A stretch of DNA of 64,000 nucleotides, taken from contig JBDOQK010000026.1 of assembly GCA_040437565.1 (NCBI GenBank), positions 186,001-250,000 on the forward strand. Reading direction: 5' to 3'. Positions 23,701 through 35,719 of this stretch are shown piece after piece (the stretch's first letter is position 1; each line of letters starts with the position of its first letter). The notes below the pieces were generated by a model. It did no database searches, was not told the origin of the DNA, and saw nothing but the letters and a program-made list of their open reading frames with translations. The position numbers were made by a program, and so were the translations under genes. This DNA is from Albugo candida. Lineage: Eukaryota.

Positions 23701-26700
23701 AAAATGAACGGCAGCACTAGTGGCCTTTAAAAGGCTGCTGATGCAGCGAAGAAGAGGAGCGGAAAGCATAGGTGTAAGCGATTTTTACGACCAAACGGTT
23801 CTAAAGCTTAATCCTCGTACTAGTATCCCACGAGTCCAGCATCGCTTCGTTTGGACCATCCATAATCTCCACTCCTATAGCTAGAAGCTAATTCAACTCA
23901 TCAGCACCACTCCTTTCCAATTCAATATAACAATGTGGTCATGTGGTCGCGAGTAAAACTTCATTAAGCAGAATCATTTCGACAAATCTCGGCGAACGTG
24001 CGAAGTTTTTGCGCTACGTGACCAACACAGGAGCTAGAGTAATTGAACGCCGTTTCCTATCAGATCAATGGAGAGCAATTTCAGGATATTTTCGTAAGAT
24101 AGTGGCTGCGTTGAGACAAGAGGCCCATTTTATCTTGAAAAAAATGTAGCAATTAACGTGAGTCGGCAAGGCTTGCGATCTTATGGATATTGATTTCGAA
24201 AAGCGCACCAACGACTTCGTTGAGGCAGGCGGGTTCAAACCGATGCACAGATCTCACATACTTGGAAGCTTATCCGCTCTTGTATGCTAAATTATCCAAG
24301 TAGCACTTAAGCTTTGAACGGGCTGCTTTTTCGGTGCAGTATTGGACGAGGCTGCGTATTTGCTATGAATAAGTCTCGTATTGCTCCTCAGAGTCTCAAT
24401 GAGGGATTACGTTTCTGATACGATAAAGTAGACACGCGGATCAAGTAGTTTGTACAAAGTGAAGTAATGTTCAAAAGCTTGAAGAAAGACACAATCATAA
24501 GTACTCCACTAATCAACTCGAGCAAGGATAGCCATCGAGTTGTTTGCTGATTCTATTTTCCGATCTGAAGTGGACAATGAAACTGCCGCAGTGATCTCTG
24601 CAATTATTTCGAGGAGTTTTTTTATTGAGTACCACTGTTTATCCGCATAGAATTTCGACACTCCTGTTAACAATATGAAATTGTCCACTTCATCCTGAAT
24701 GTTGAGCTCTTCTCGGCATATTCAAATGGAGCTATATTTCAGCTCTCACGGTGAATGTTAAATGTTGCTCAGAGCCTCTTTCAATGATGCAAAGGTGTCT
24801 CACCGCACCTAAATTAAGATCACAGTGTCTTTGTGATCACAATCCGTCGTTCGGAATTTCAGAGCATTTAATAACTGAAGAAACCGTAAAAATTTATTCG
24901 AAAACGCTATTGTTGCTTTGCGTGTTCATAATTACGATGCAACTGTATGTATCCACAATACACATGATCCAGTGAAGGCCGAGGAAAGGGTGCTGCTTAT
25001 CAAATGATCAGAGGTTTTATTTTTAAAATAAATAGCCTTGTTGGTATGCGTACTCAGCGTGTTGTGAAAGCTACAGCAGTTCTACATCACACATGACAAC
25101 ATTCGTTCACGGTAGCTTTGGCTTGACTGTTCTTCAAGTACAGGTTCGATACTTGGAATCTTTTGAGTCATCACGTGAAGCATATTAATGACCTCACGAA
25201 GATTTTTTTGCCCTTCGGACAATTGATATCGTCATGTACTCTGACATCGAACCATTGCTGAAATGATGGGTTATTATAATAGATGCAGGAATCTGAAATA
25301 CCAACGTAGTTAATGGTGGCTATCTTAGTAGAATTAGACAAAGTAATTTCTCTAGTTGCACAGGCTATCTTCAACAACATATTAGCATGTGAAAAAACGT
25401 CTCGTGAACATACCTCTGAGCATTGATAATANNNNNNNNNNNNNNNNNNNNNNNNNNNNNNNNNNNNNNNNNNNNNNNNNNNNNNNNNNNNNNNNNNNNN
25501 NNNNNNNNNNNNNNNNNNNNNNNNNNNNNNNCCGAAGTTGGTGTGCGCCACACTAGGCGGAACAGAGCCATCCAACTAGGACTAGGACCCGAATTGCCCT
25601 TGCATTTCTGCTTGTCTGTGCCCTAGCAGCAGCATCACAGAGACCACCCAGCCAGCCCATGGCCAGCAATAATAAATATTTGAACTGGAGATTCCACCGT
25701 CCCGAGGGGTGGAAGGAATTTGGAGTAGTTTCTAGTGTTATTGTCATTTAATTTGGATGTAAAGACCGTCAATCAAGTCTCAACTAAGAGCGAGATGGTG
25801 GAGCGTAAGAGTATATAGCAACTAGTCAGTTTGGCGAGTGTCTGTAAATCATTCATCACCGCATTCGATATCGCGCAGACGTACAGGACTTGATTACCCG
25901 ACGATCATATGCGATTTCAATTAGATAACTAAGCAGCTTATAATGTGCTTCCGATTGGGCGTTGATCAGCTATGATCACACAACCTGTCTCAAATTTACG
26001 TCTATTTTGAGTGGTATGGAAAATGGGTGCAAAGGCGCAGTTAACCAGCAATCGAAAATAACACCGTACATTATACCACAACCTGGACGGGAACTAGGTG
26101 ACTATCAAACTACATTTTTGATGACGATCGAAGCTTTAGGCTATATATTATCGCAACATGAAGAAGATGGGATGTTGACACTCCTGGTGCGACTAAGGTA
26201 CTTTGCGCAGACCATTTAGCACTTTTATCTGAACTTGCTCATTGAGTTTCGGTGTAGCTCAGACTCACTCAACTTTATCTCGATGGAGTAACTCGTTGGA
26301 TAGCTCCATTTTATGCCCTAAGTTCTCCACTTAGACATATTGAGCACGGAGGATTATGTCAAGATATTGAGCATTCCCTTTTAGCCAGAAATTGATGGGT
26401 AGGATTCAGCAACAACCGACAAGCCTCTTGCGTGGTCGACTACTTGGTGCTTGAACAAAGATTTGCAGCATCCACATGAACATACCAGCTCAGACAATTC
26501 TACAGCAGCTACCAATGCTCGACCGATATCTTCTTGATCAGAAGACAAAAAAGAGATTGAAAACACGTTCACCTGACAAGCGAAGACTTGTAGAGATTCG
26601 CCGACGGGATGATGAATCAAAATTTTCGATATTGAAGTGACGACTTAGGCTAGAACGAATTCAGTTCCTCCTACACTTCGCCAACGATGCTTCACGACTA

Positions 26701-27001
26701 TTCTTGTACATTATAAAACCGCTTCGTAGAGATGATTAAATGAAGCTCGTTTAATGTTTTTGAAAAAAACAAGCATTTCGGATTAGATTGATTGCAGCTT
26801 TGGAATTTCAAATGCAAATTCTCAAAAGCGACTTTAGCACTATATTTAGCATCTTGTGTGGTTCACAAGTGGAAAGTACTACATTGTTGAGCTGCCAGTC
26901 ATTATCCGAGTACGAAAAACTGTTCAGACAATCTTGGCATGGCCGATGAACCTCATCGCACATACGGAAGAGATTCCATTCAGCTTCTAATATCCGGAAT
27001 T

Positions 27002-28190
27002 CTCAAAATTTTCGTGTTAGCGACCATGACTTAGAAAGATAGTGTTTCTCGGGAAACTTCAAAACAACGAATAGCTCAAGGATATTGATGTCCCGACAAA
27101 TTTTTTCAATTGAGAAGATGGNNNNNNNNNNNNNNNNNNNNNNNNNNNNNNNNNNNNNNNNNNNNNNNNNNNNNNNNNNNNNNNNNNNNNNNNNNNNNNN
27201 NNNNNNNNNNNNNNNNNNNNNTATAAAAACCATATTTTTCCAACTTTTGGTATATAAACCATATTTGTTCAACATTTGGTATATAAATCAGATTTTTGAA
27301 AAAAAGTGGTATAAAATCCATAGGTTCCCTTTTTAATTACATTTTTATTTTTCATTTTAAATTACATCATGCCTACTTAAACTATTACTCTCACAACTTT
27401 TTTGTAACAATAAATAATGGTTTCGATATCCCGACAACTTTTTTTTAAATTACACTTATTTTTAATTTAGATTACGTCATGCCTTCTCAAATTATTACAC
27501 CCACAACTATTTTGAAAAATAAATAAGTTTACATTTCTAACTGAGAGAAGTCATTTACTTCTAAGGCTAATCTAGTAATATAGATACCTTCAACTGAGCT
27601 AAAACTCACCATTGATAGACGATTCATCGACAGTTTGTTGAGCTATAAAGATGCAAAAGTTACTATAAAGTAACGGCCGAAAATACAAAGTATTGTAGGA
27701 AGTGATAATATCTAACTTTTTTCTAAAGCTTGTTCTGGATCTAACCTTGTAACCGGAATTCCGAAAGACCGCTTGTTGTGGCCGATTTTTTCGCAAATGC
27801 TGCACCTGCATTTCCCTGTGTCCGATGCTCAAATGCTATGTGTCAAACGGAAATTGTCAGAAGTACTAGCCTATCACAGATGAAACGCTCTGTGTATTAG
27901 CCAATCACAAATAATTCTCGATTAGGGCTGTTGGGGCAACAATTTAGGGTGTGTATGGATGTAATTAGTTAGAAATGTAAAAGCATGCATGTATTTCGCA
28001 GAAAAGAAAAAGTTGTGAGAGTAACAATTTAACTAGGCATGTTGTAATCTAAAAAAAAATTGTCGGGATATCAAAAAAAGTTGTCGGATATCAATACCCA
28101 TAGCTCAACGCATGGAAATTGTCTTGAGAAAGTTTCCCGGGTCGACTTTATGATGATTCGATCAGCCACTACAGAAAATTCTTTGACGAG
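27002..28190. mobile_element. Non-autonomous foldback/MITE-like DNA element with long imperfect inverted repeats and subterminal direct repeats
   Basis: Left motifs CGGGAAACTT, TATTGATGTCCCGACAA, ATTACATCATGCCTACTTAAACTATTACTCTCACAACTTTTT and TTTACATTTCTAACT recur as imperfect reverse complements at ~27967-28140. The region is AT-rich and non-coding. An N gap lies at 27122-27221. Confidence 0.55.
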
Positions 28191-29519
28191 TGATCTCATC
28201 ACTGGATTTTGACCGAGTACAAAGGCAAACCAATTTTCTGCGAGTAACCCACACTAACTCTCGCGAATCTTTGTTTACCTTCCGACGCAACGAGAAAACA
28301 TGCGATTTTCACACGGCGGTCATCTCGGAAACGATATGTAGTAATAGCCAGAATTAACTCGAGTGTTTATAATACATCACAATATTTTCAAAAACGTGCC
28401 CAGCTATTTTACAGCTCTGTCACGCGTTTCGGATGCGAAACTCTAATCCTTAGTTCAAGATATTCAGCCTGTAATTATATTGTACACTTCGCCTTCATGT
28501 AAAGCAGGTTCAGTGTAGATGTATCTTCACATTCCGGTCGCTCTGAGAGGGTTTTTCGCCCCTCCTTCAGTAAGGTAAGACATCTTCCGCAATGATACTT
28601 GCCGGGTCCCAGCTATTACCCTTGTCATCTAGTCCATTTACACACAGTGATGATATCAAGATTGACACCCCAACAAGACTGGATAAACTATTTTCGGGCA
28701 GCAGGAGAGCCGGAAACGGGGGATTCCAAATACTGATAAAAATATTCGTAAAATAAGAATGGATACCAGGATCGTATGCGGGATCCAGAATATCTCGGTT
28801 GAGAGATCAAATTCACAGAATCCTGGATCAGTGCGGATTGCAGGATTAAATCGAATATGGAGAATAAAACGCATTGTCACATGGATGATCGATGCTTTGA
28901 AATATCCAGCATATCAAATCGAATGTATTAAAAACTCATAATGCACATTCTTTTGGCGAAGAAGAAGAAAGCTGCAATCTTTCGCAAGTAGTATTGGGAG
29001 CTGCTGACAAGTTTTACGGAATAGGAACCGGATTTAACGAACAATAATATGCCATAAAGATGTGAATACAAGTATGCTAAGGCATCAAGGCGAAAGGCGC
29101 ACGAACTTCCGCGAAAGAACACTGGATAAGGATTCGGGCAGTTTTTTNNNNNNNNNNNNNNNNNNNNNNNNNNNNNNNNNNNNNNNNNNNNNNNNNNNNN
29201 NNNNNNNNNNNNNNNNNNNNNNNNNNNNNNNNNNNNNNNNNNNNNNNGATCGATGCTTTGAAATATCCAGCATATCAAATCGAATGTATTAAAAACTCAT
29301 AATGCACATTCTTTTGGCGAAGAAGAAGAAAGCTGCAATCTTTCGCAAGTAGTATTGGGAGCTGCTGACAAGTTTTACGGAATAGGAACCGGATTTAACG
29401 AACAATAATATGCCATAAAGATGTGAATACAAGTATGCTAAGGCATCAAGGCGAAAGGCGCACGAACTTCCGCGAAAGAACACTGGATAAGGATTCGGGC
29501 AGTTTTTTATAAAGACGAG

Positions 29520-30250
29520 CCGGAATGGCTATGGATATAACTTCGAGCGTAAGATCACGTTTAAGTGTATGAAGTCTGAAAGTGCTAAGCATTCTGTGAG
29601 AACATGTCCTATGTGTGGCCCTGAAAAAGCGGAAAGACTACTGGTTCAACGAGAATTTTAGACCAAAAAAACTAGATGTCGTTACATGAGAGAAAAAAGC
29701 ATTTAATCGAGACACCAGATGAGAGGTAAAGACCACAGTAAATGGAATTGATAACGTAAACAAATTGATAGATTCTGGATCTGATTGTGGCGTGCTATCA
29801 GTGGACCATGTAGGAGCGCTTTCCAAATAGAAATTTTTTGCGATAAAAGAATCCAAATAGCCAGTAAGAATCAAAACCATGGGGCTGACAATTTTGTAAG
29901 TGAAACGAAGTCTTTCGCTGCAGTATGTAGACTTTACAACATGTGGAGGACTATAATGAATAATGAAAATGGTCGTCAATAAGGAAAGACGAGTCGATGT
30001 CACTTATAATGGATAGAAATTTGATGGAAAAGATATGTTATTCAGTTATGGGCGATTCGAAGTGGAGAAGAAAAAAAGAAGATCATATAGGATGAGGAAA
30101 AGGAAATAAAGCAACATACTCCTATGTGCACTGCGTTACAGGATTACGAAGGCAAACTCTTGAAAGATGAAGTGGATTCCGGCGATAAGAAGGAAGAACA
30201 CTTATTTACATCAAAAGTGAGGCCAATGGATACACAGAAGGATCATATTC
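29520..30250 (+). mobile_element. Degenerate Ty3/gypsy fragment (gag zinc knuckle + aspartic protease)
   Basis: FKCMKSESAKHSVRTCPMCGPEKAERLL (knuckle-like, paralogous to 34970-35045) is followed by LIDSGSD (protease). Multiple stops. Confidence 0.55.
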
Positions 30251-30800
30251 AATCTAAAACCTTTGTGTCCCGTACGAAGTGAGGATTGGGTAGTAAATTA
30301 AGAACAAACCCGAGTAGCCTAAGTACGGTAGGTTTAGAAAACCTAATACACATATCTTTTTGCTAGATCTTTGCGGTGATCATTGCTGAGAAGCAGCTAC
30401 AATCATGGAAGCCGTCTATGACTTGTAGCGTCGAAACAGAGACAGATCAAAGTTGACTTTAGTTCAATTGTGCTCGAGGCTGGATGGTAAGCAACGAGCC
30501 ATGTACACAGAGCTTGAAGCTATCGCGCCGGATTCGGAGTACTTGAAGGTGCGTCGGGAACGAAGAAGATTAGACCCCGCGGGACTTTTTGTGCGGAAAT
30601 CTGACTGAGGAGCGAGTGCGACGTTTAACAGGGGTTGTGGGTATGATGCATGTATCGGGAGACAATCGCATCTCAAATGCACCGCAATTACCAAAGCATC
30701 CAATCTACACAGGAAAGATGCCACGGACAGGCGCAAATTCGTAAAACAGTAGCAGGCATATTACAATACATTGCTCGCTTATAAGACGTGTCGAAAAAAG

Positions 30801-30947
30801 TGTCGGAAGAACTTAACAATGTGTTTTAGGTTTCTAGTCGCACTTGGAACTTAGTTAAACGATTGGTGAGGATTTTAATTCAAAAAAAATAAAACCTCAG
30901 TTTTGGCAATTTTCCTGTAACACCGCATCTTCGCTCACCTGCCAACA
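30801..30947 (+). repeat. 5' LTR of copia element 1
   Basis: 147 bp, TGTCGG...CCAACA, aligns to 34284-34432. Confidence 0.92.
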
Positions 30948-30960
30948 GGTTATGAGCCCA
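30948..30960 (+). other. Primer-binding site complementary to the anticodon-arm region of initiator tRNA-Met
   Basis: GGTTATGAGCCCA directly after the LTR; same type as the Drosophila copia half-tRNA PBS. Confidence 0.82.
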
Positions 30961-33900
30961 ACCAAGATTCCACCGGCCGAGACCATGGAAGAATCCGACG
31001 GATCAGATGATTCGAAGATGGACCGAATGATGCTGCTGCTGGAGTCACTCGGAAATCAAGTGGACAAAATCGAAACCGAGCGGAGCGTCGGCTCGCCCGT
31101 TCCAACACCACCCGCGCCAGCGGAGAGCTTATTTGCTGGGACGCGCAACCAAGGACAGGGTTTGATTTCATCCCTGGATGCAAAACCAATGCAGCATCGT
31201 GGAAGCGAGATGAGGAGAAGCTTTGTCCATGACATGCAACATAATGCGCTCGATGGGCTAAACCGAGTGAGATTCCCAGCAATAAGGGATATGAAGCGAG
31301 CCATTCAGCCATTCGACGGGAAGAGATATACTCGGGACTTGGAGCGCCGTTTACCCAATGGGATTTTCGTTTCTTGCGGCAACAATCGCACGGCCAGCAA
31401 GCATCCGGCGGAATTTGGAGTGAGGATGTGAAGCTGGACTGCCTAGGGTGCCATCTTAGCGGAAAAGCGCTCACTTATTGCGAGCAGCAAGTCCCTCCAA
31501 GGATGACTCAGTGCTCTAGCGTTCAAGAAGTGATGGACCGGATCAACGGAGCACTCCGGCCCAACATCAACAGGACACAGGCAACACGCCCTTTTACGGC
31601 CAAAAAACCGACTGGACGTTCTTAAAGTGAGCATTTTTGTTCTTGTCGGCAGTCGGTGGAGCCGATGATATGCTCCTGGAAAGCGTTGTCAAGCACTCAA
31701 AGCCTGATTTCAACCAAGCTCTGATGGCCCGTGCCAACCCAATGAGAGAAGACAGCAGAAGGCAAGCCGAGGAACTGTTTCACTTTGCCCAGACTATGGA
31801 TTCAGAAACCATCAGTGATGCACCAAGAGAGCCAAAGAAGTTTTCTCGAGACCGAATCGGTGCGATAAGGGAATTCAAGCCGAAGAAGCGAATGAACTGC
31901 TACAATTGCGGGAAAAGTAGACACATGAAAAAGGATTGCCGGAACCAGAGCTCCTCCAGCAGTGAAGACATCGTTTGGGAATTGGATGCAAAACTACTAC
32001 GCTGGAAAAAGCGAAGAAAGTATGGATACTAGACAGCGGATCCAGCAGACAACTTGTAACGGATGTAAACATGTTCCAGCATCATAAGGAATGCACCGAA
32101 TCATGCATACTTCAAAATGGGAAGGAAATGAAGTTGGGGTGGACAGGATCGGCAAAGATTACCGCAACAGTCAACGGTTTACCGAGGAATGTTCTATTGA
32201 ACGATATGCAACATTCGGAACACCTCCCTTGGAATATTGTCTCGCATGGAAAGTTGGAGGCAAAAAAATGCAAATTGGCGTATCGAGAAGATGGATCGAG
32301 AGTCCGACGTACTGCTGATAGTGCGATCTTGTTCGAAGTAAATATGGTCAAAAACGTTCTCGTTATCGAAACAGAAGGTCGGGAACGCGTATCCAGTGTT
32401 AAGGATATACTCGCTTCAGTTGTGTCCGTGTGGACGCAAAGAAGCAGCGGGAAGTCTTCTACACTTCCAACAACTATTTGGTCGTCTGAACTACGATACT
32501 ATTGAGCGTATAGCAAAGCTTCCGGAATCAGGGATCGAGATTGATGACCATCGGCGATTGAAATGCCTTACTTGCGCAGAAAGCATGAAAACAAAGAACA
32601 GACAGTCTCGGAAAGATACCGGTATAAACTCACCAACGGAAAGAATTGGTGGAGTAATATGCAGTGCTTTCAAGGGTCCGATCACGCCTCAAGACTGACG
32701 TGGAAATCGATATTTGGTCATTTTTATCGACTACAAGTCGAACTATTGTCGGGAATTCTTGGCCAAGACGAAGAATGAAGCGGCAACGAAGTTTCAAGAC
32801 TTCTTGACTTACTTCGAAAAACGATTTGATTGCAAGATTCCTCTACGAACAGATGGCGGCGCTGAGTACAGAAATGTGGACATTTTTTGCAAAGAAGAGG
32901 AAGTGCGAAGACAAATCAGTAAGGCCGAAAACCAAGCATCGAATGGGGAAGCTGAACAAAAGCATAGGACAGTCATGAACCTGGTGTGGTCTATGATATT
33001 TGGAAACTCCATGGCGTTATATTTTTGGGGAGATGCCGCTGAATATGCGACATATATCCTTGATAGAAGCCCAACCAGAGTGAAGATAGGAAGACGATCC
33101 CCCTTGAAGGCTTTGAGTGGGAAGGATACAAGTCTTGCTGATCTAGTAACATTCGGCTCATCTCGTTCGGTTCGAAGGCGAACTGGAAAGAGTCTCTCGC
33201 AAAGCGAAGTGAAGAAGGCATAGTTATCGGAAAATGCGATGAAACCAAAGGATAAAAAGTGTATTTACTTAAATCAAAGACTGTCATTATCACTCAACAC
33301 ATCTCAAATGTGGAGTCAACTATGGAAGGCGCCAATAGATTTGGAAATTCCAAGGGACGTCAACACGATTTGACAAAGGTAGACTTAAAACCTCATAAGA
33401 ATACCAACGTTCAAACGAAACCAATCACAACTGCCACAAGGCCGCGATCGGATGTCATCAAGAAAGATTTATAGGAAGTAAGATGGTTACCAGAAACCAA
33501 GGAAGGAAAGCTTCGTCTCAAGATATCGTTTCAGTGCTGATTGGGCCGGATCCGGAGATGTACAATCAAGCAATGAAGTCAGTAAAGCATGTCGAATGGA
33601 AGGAGGTTGCAGACGCAGAACTAGCCTCACTGGAGGCAAACAGAACATGGACCATCGTACCAAGAACCAAAGATATCAAAGCCTTACATACGAAGTGGAT
33701 ATGCAAGCGAAAACGGAAGCAAACGGCAATCTGGGACGCTTCAAGGCTAGAATGGTTGCCTGCGGGAACGAACAAGTGTTCGGAGTCAACTACGACATGA
33801 CATTTGCAGCAGTCATGGATTTAGGCACAAAAAAGATCATACTAGCTTCAGCAAGGATCTGGGGAATGCCAGCAAGGCATGGTGACGTACCTAATGCGTA

Positions 33901-34283
33901 CGTGAAGGCTCCAACGGAAAAGAACTNNNNNNNNNNNNNNNNNNNNNNNNNNNNNNNNNNNNNNNNNNNNNNNNNNNNNNNNNNNNNNNNNNNNNNNNNN
34001 NNNNNNNNNNNNNNNNNNNNNNNNNNTATCAGTCAATTTCTCAACGAAGCTACTTCAATCAAGGCAAAACATATTGACGTCCGACTAAAATTCGTCAGAG
34101 CTAACATGGTCAGAAAAATTATCGCACCAAGGTACCTACATACGTAGAAGATGATGGCCGACTTGCAGACGAAGGCGATCCCGACGCCAAGATTTCTTCA
34201 GCTAAGGGAGTTATGGCAGTTAAGGGATCGGACAATACAAGTTGAAGATGACAAAACCTCAAGTGCAACGGGAAAGGAAGGAG

Positions 34284-34432
34284 TGTTGAAAGGACTTAAC
34301 AATGTGTTTTAGGTTTCTAGTCGCACTTGGAACTTAGTTTAACGCATTGGTTAGGATTTTAATTTTCTAGGAAATAAAACCTCAGTTTTGGCAATTTTCC
34401 TGGAACACCGCATCTTCGCTCACCTGCCAACA
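34284..34432 (+). repeat. 3' LTR of copia element 1
   Basis: 149 bp, TGTTGA...CCAACA, preceded by PPT GGGAAAGGAAGGAG and followed by TSD AAAAG. Confidence 0.92.
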
Positions 34433-35404
34433 AAAAGACCTTTATCATGCCGGTGCCAGCGTGCGTTGATGCTTCGACACGCACAAATCTTCAAATTTGA
34501 AAGAAACGTGTAAACAACCGGAAGAGGTGGTTGAGGAGGATTGGATAAATTATTTCAGATAAGCTATCACAACGGATTCGTTAGAGTTTTGTAAGATTGA
34601 TCATACATTAACTACCCTATCATCACTTCGTACGGGACACAAGGGATTTAGATCCCATCAATGGTTGAAGGTTTAGAGCCTGTGGCTTTTAAAACAAGAT
34701 TTTGTACAAGCTGAATATGGATACCAATAAACATTTGAGTAAAAATCCGGTTGCGTTCTACCAAGGGTGTCTAGGACAAGTAAGAAGCTTTATGGAATGG
34801 GAACCTCAGGCAACCCGTTTGGATTCAATACGAAAATTGTATCTACAAAAACACGATTGTCTCCTGTTCAGCAACGACGTGTTCCTGTTCAGAATCATAG
34901 GCCTAAAGAAGAGGAAAATGGGCAACGAGTATCAAAATGGGGTCCGCCGCGTACCAGATTTGAATGGTTGAAATCTAAAAGCACGAAACATTCAGTCAGA
35001 AGGTGCCCGCTGTGCGCACCAGGCAAAGCGGAAGCTCTCCTAAGGANNNNNNNNNNNNNNNNNNNNNNNNNNNNNNNNNNNNNNNNNNNNNNNNNNNNNN
35101 NNNNNNNNNNNNNNNNNNNNNNNNNNNNNNNNNNNNNNNNNNNNNNAGATAAAGGAAGGGATTGAACCGGTGATGGCGAGATCGAAACGCTGTCGGCCGT
35201 TGCACAGCAATACTCTGAAGGAACATATACTCAGTCAGGAAGAGCACAATTTGGTGTATTGGAATCCCGACTCAAGACGGGGTAGCACGGCTCGAATTGT
35301 TTCGAAAAAAGACGTCGGAAGCTATCAAATGACGGTGGACCTGCTAGCGGTAAATGCACTCACAAATTCCAATCGCGTGGCCAATGCCACATTTGGAAGT
35401 GGTT

Positions 35405-35651
35405 CCACTGGATATCCATTTGAGATTCAGATTCAATGTATCCATTTGCAGTTCTATTCAGATCTACCATGCGTTGTAATGTATAGCATATATTTTACGA
35501 TATAGATTATTATCAGCGGCATCTTCACTAAAATTCTTCTAATGACCATCATAGTTAGTACTTGGTATATGCATGCTGATATTTTTTATGCATATGGATC
35601 TGGATGTAAAAAAATCCAGATCCAGATCCAGTTGATCCATTAGCAGCCCTA
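35405..35651. mobile_element. Probable hAT-type DNA transposon end
   Basis: Clustered GATCC/ATCCAG subterminal repeats end in CAGCCCTA (reverse complement TAGGGCTG), a hAT-like terminal motif. No matching TSD pair was found. Confidence 0.4.
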
Positions 35652-35719
35652 TGTATAGCGGCCTAATGTAGTTTCATAACGCCATCCATGCTCATCCGTG
35701 CCAGTCATTTTCAGGGCTT

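Larger units (their letters stand above)
30801..34432 (+). mobile_element. Ty1/copia LTR retrotransposon (decayed), both LTRs and 5-bp TSD AAAAG
   Basis: LTRs at 30801-30947 and 34284-34432 (TG...CA), PBS 30948-30960, PPT 34270-34283. Order is gag knuckle CYNCGKSRHMKKDC, protease WILDSGSS, integrase LRTDGGAEY, RT ARMVACG/HGDVPNAY, RNase H KHIDVR. Frameshifts and stops throughout; an N gap hides most of RT. Confidence 0.93.
30660..35404 (+). mobile_element. Degenerate Ty3/gypsy element (gag, knuckle, RT start) interrupted by the copia insertion at 30801-34432
   Basis: gag reads PQLPKHP...RRKFVK...LLAYKTCRKK|TFIMPVPACVD...EEDWINYF...FMEWEP, then knuckle KHSVRRCPLC. RT reads LVYWNPDSR...RIVSKKDVGSYQMTVDLLAVN..PIAWPMPHLE and is truncated at ~35404. 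Confidence 0.7.

Noticed and set aside
27222..27545. Short spaced repeats resembling a CRISPR-like array
   Set aside because: Eukaryotic context, degenerate AT-rich units and no unique-spacer structure; better explained as transposon subterminal repeats.
27923..35651. TAGGGCTG...CAGCCCTA as paired hAT TIRs
   Set aside because: Only 8 bp match, the flanking 8-mers (TTCTCGAT vs TGTATAGC) are not a TSD, and the left site lies inside another repeat.
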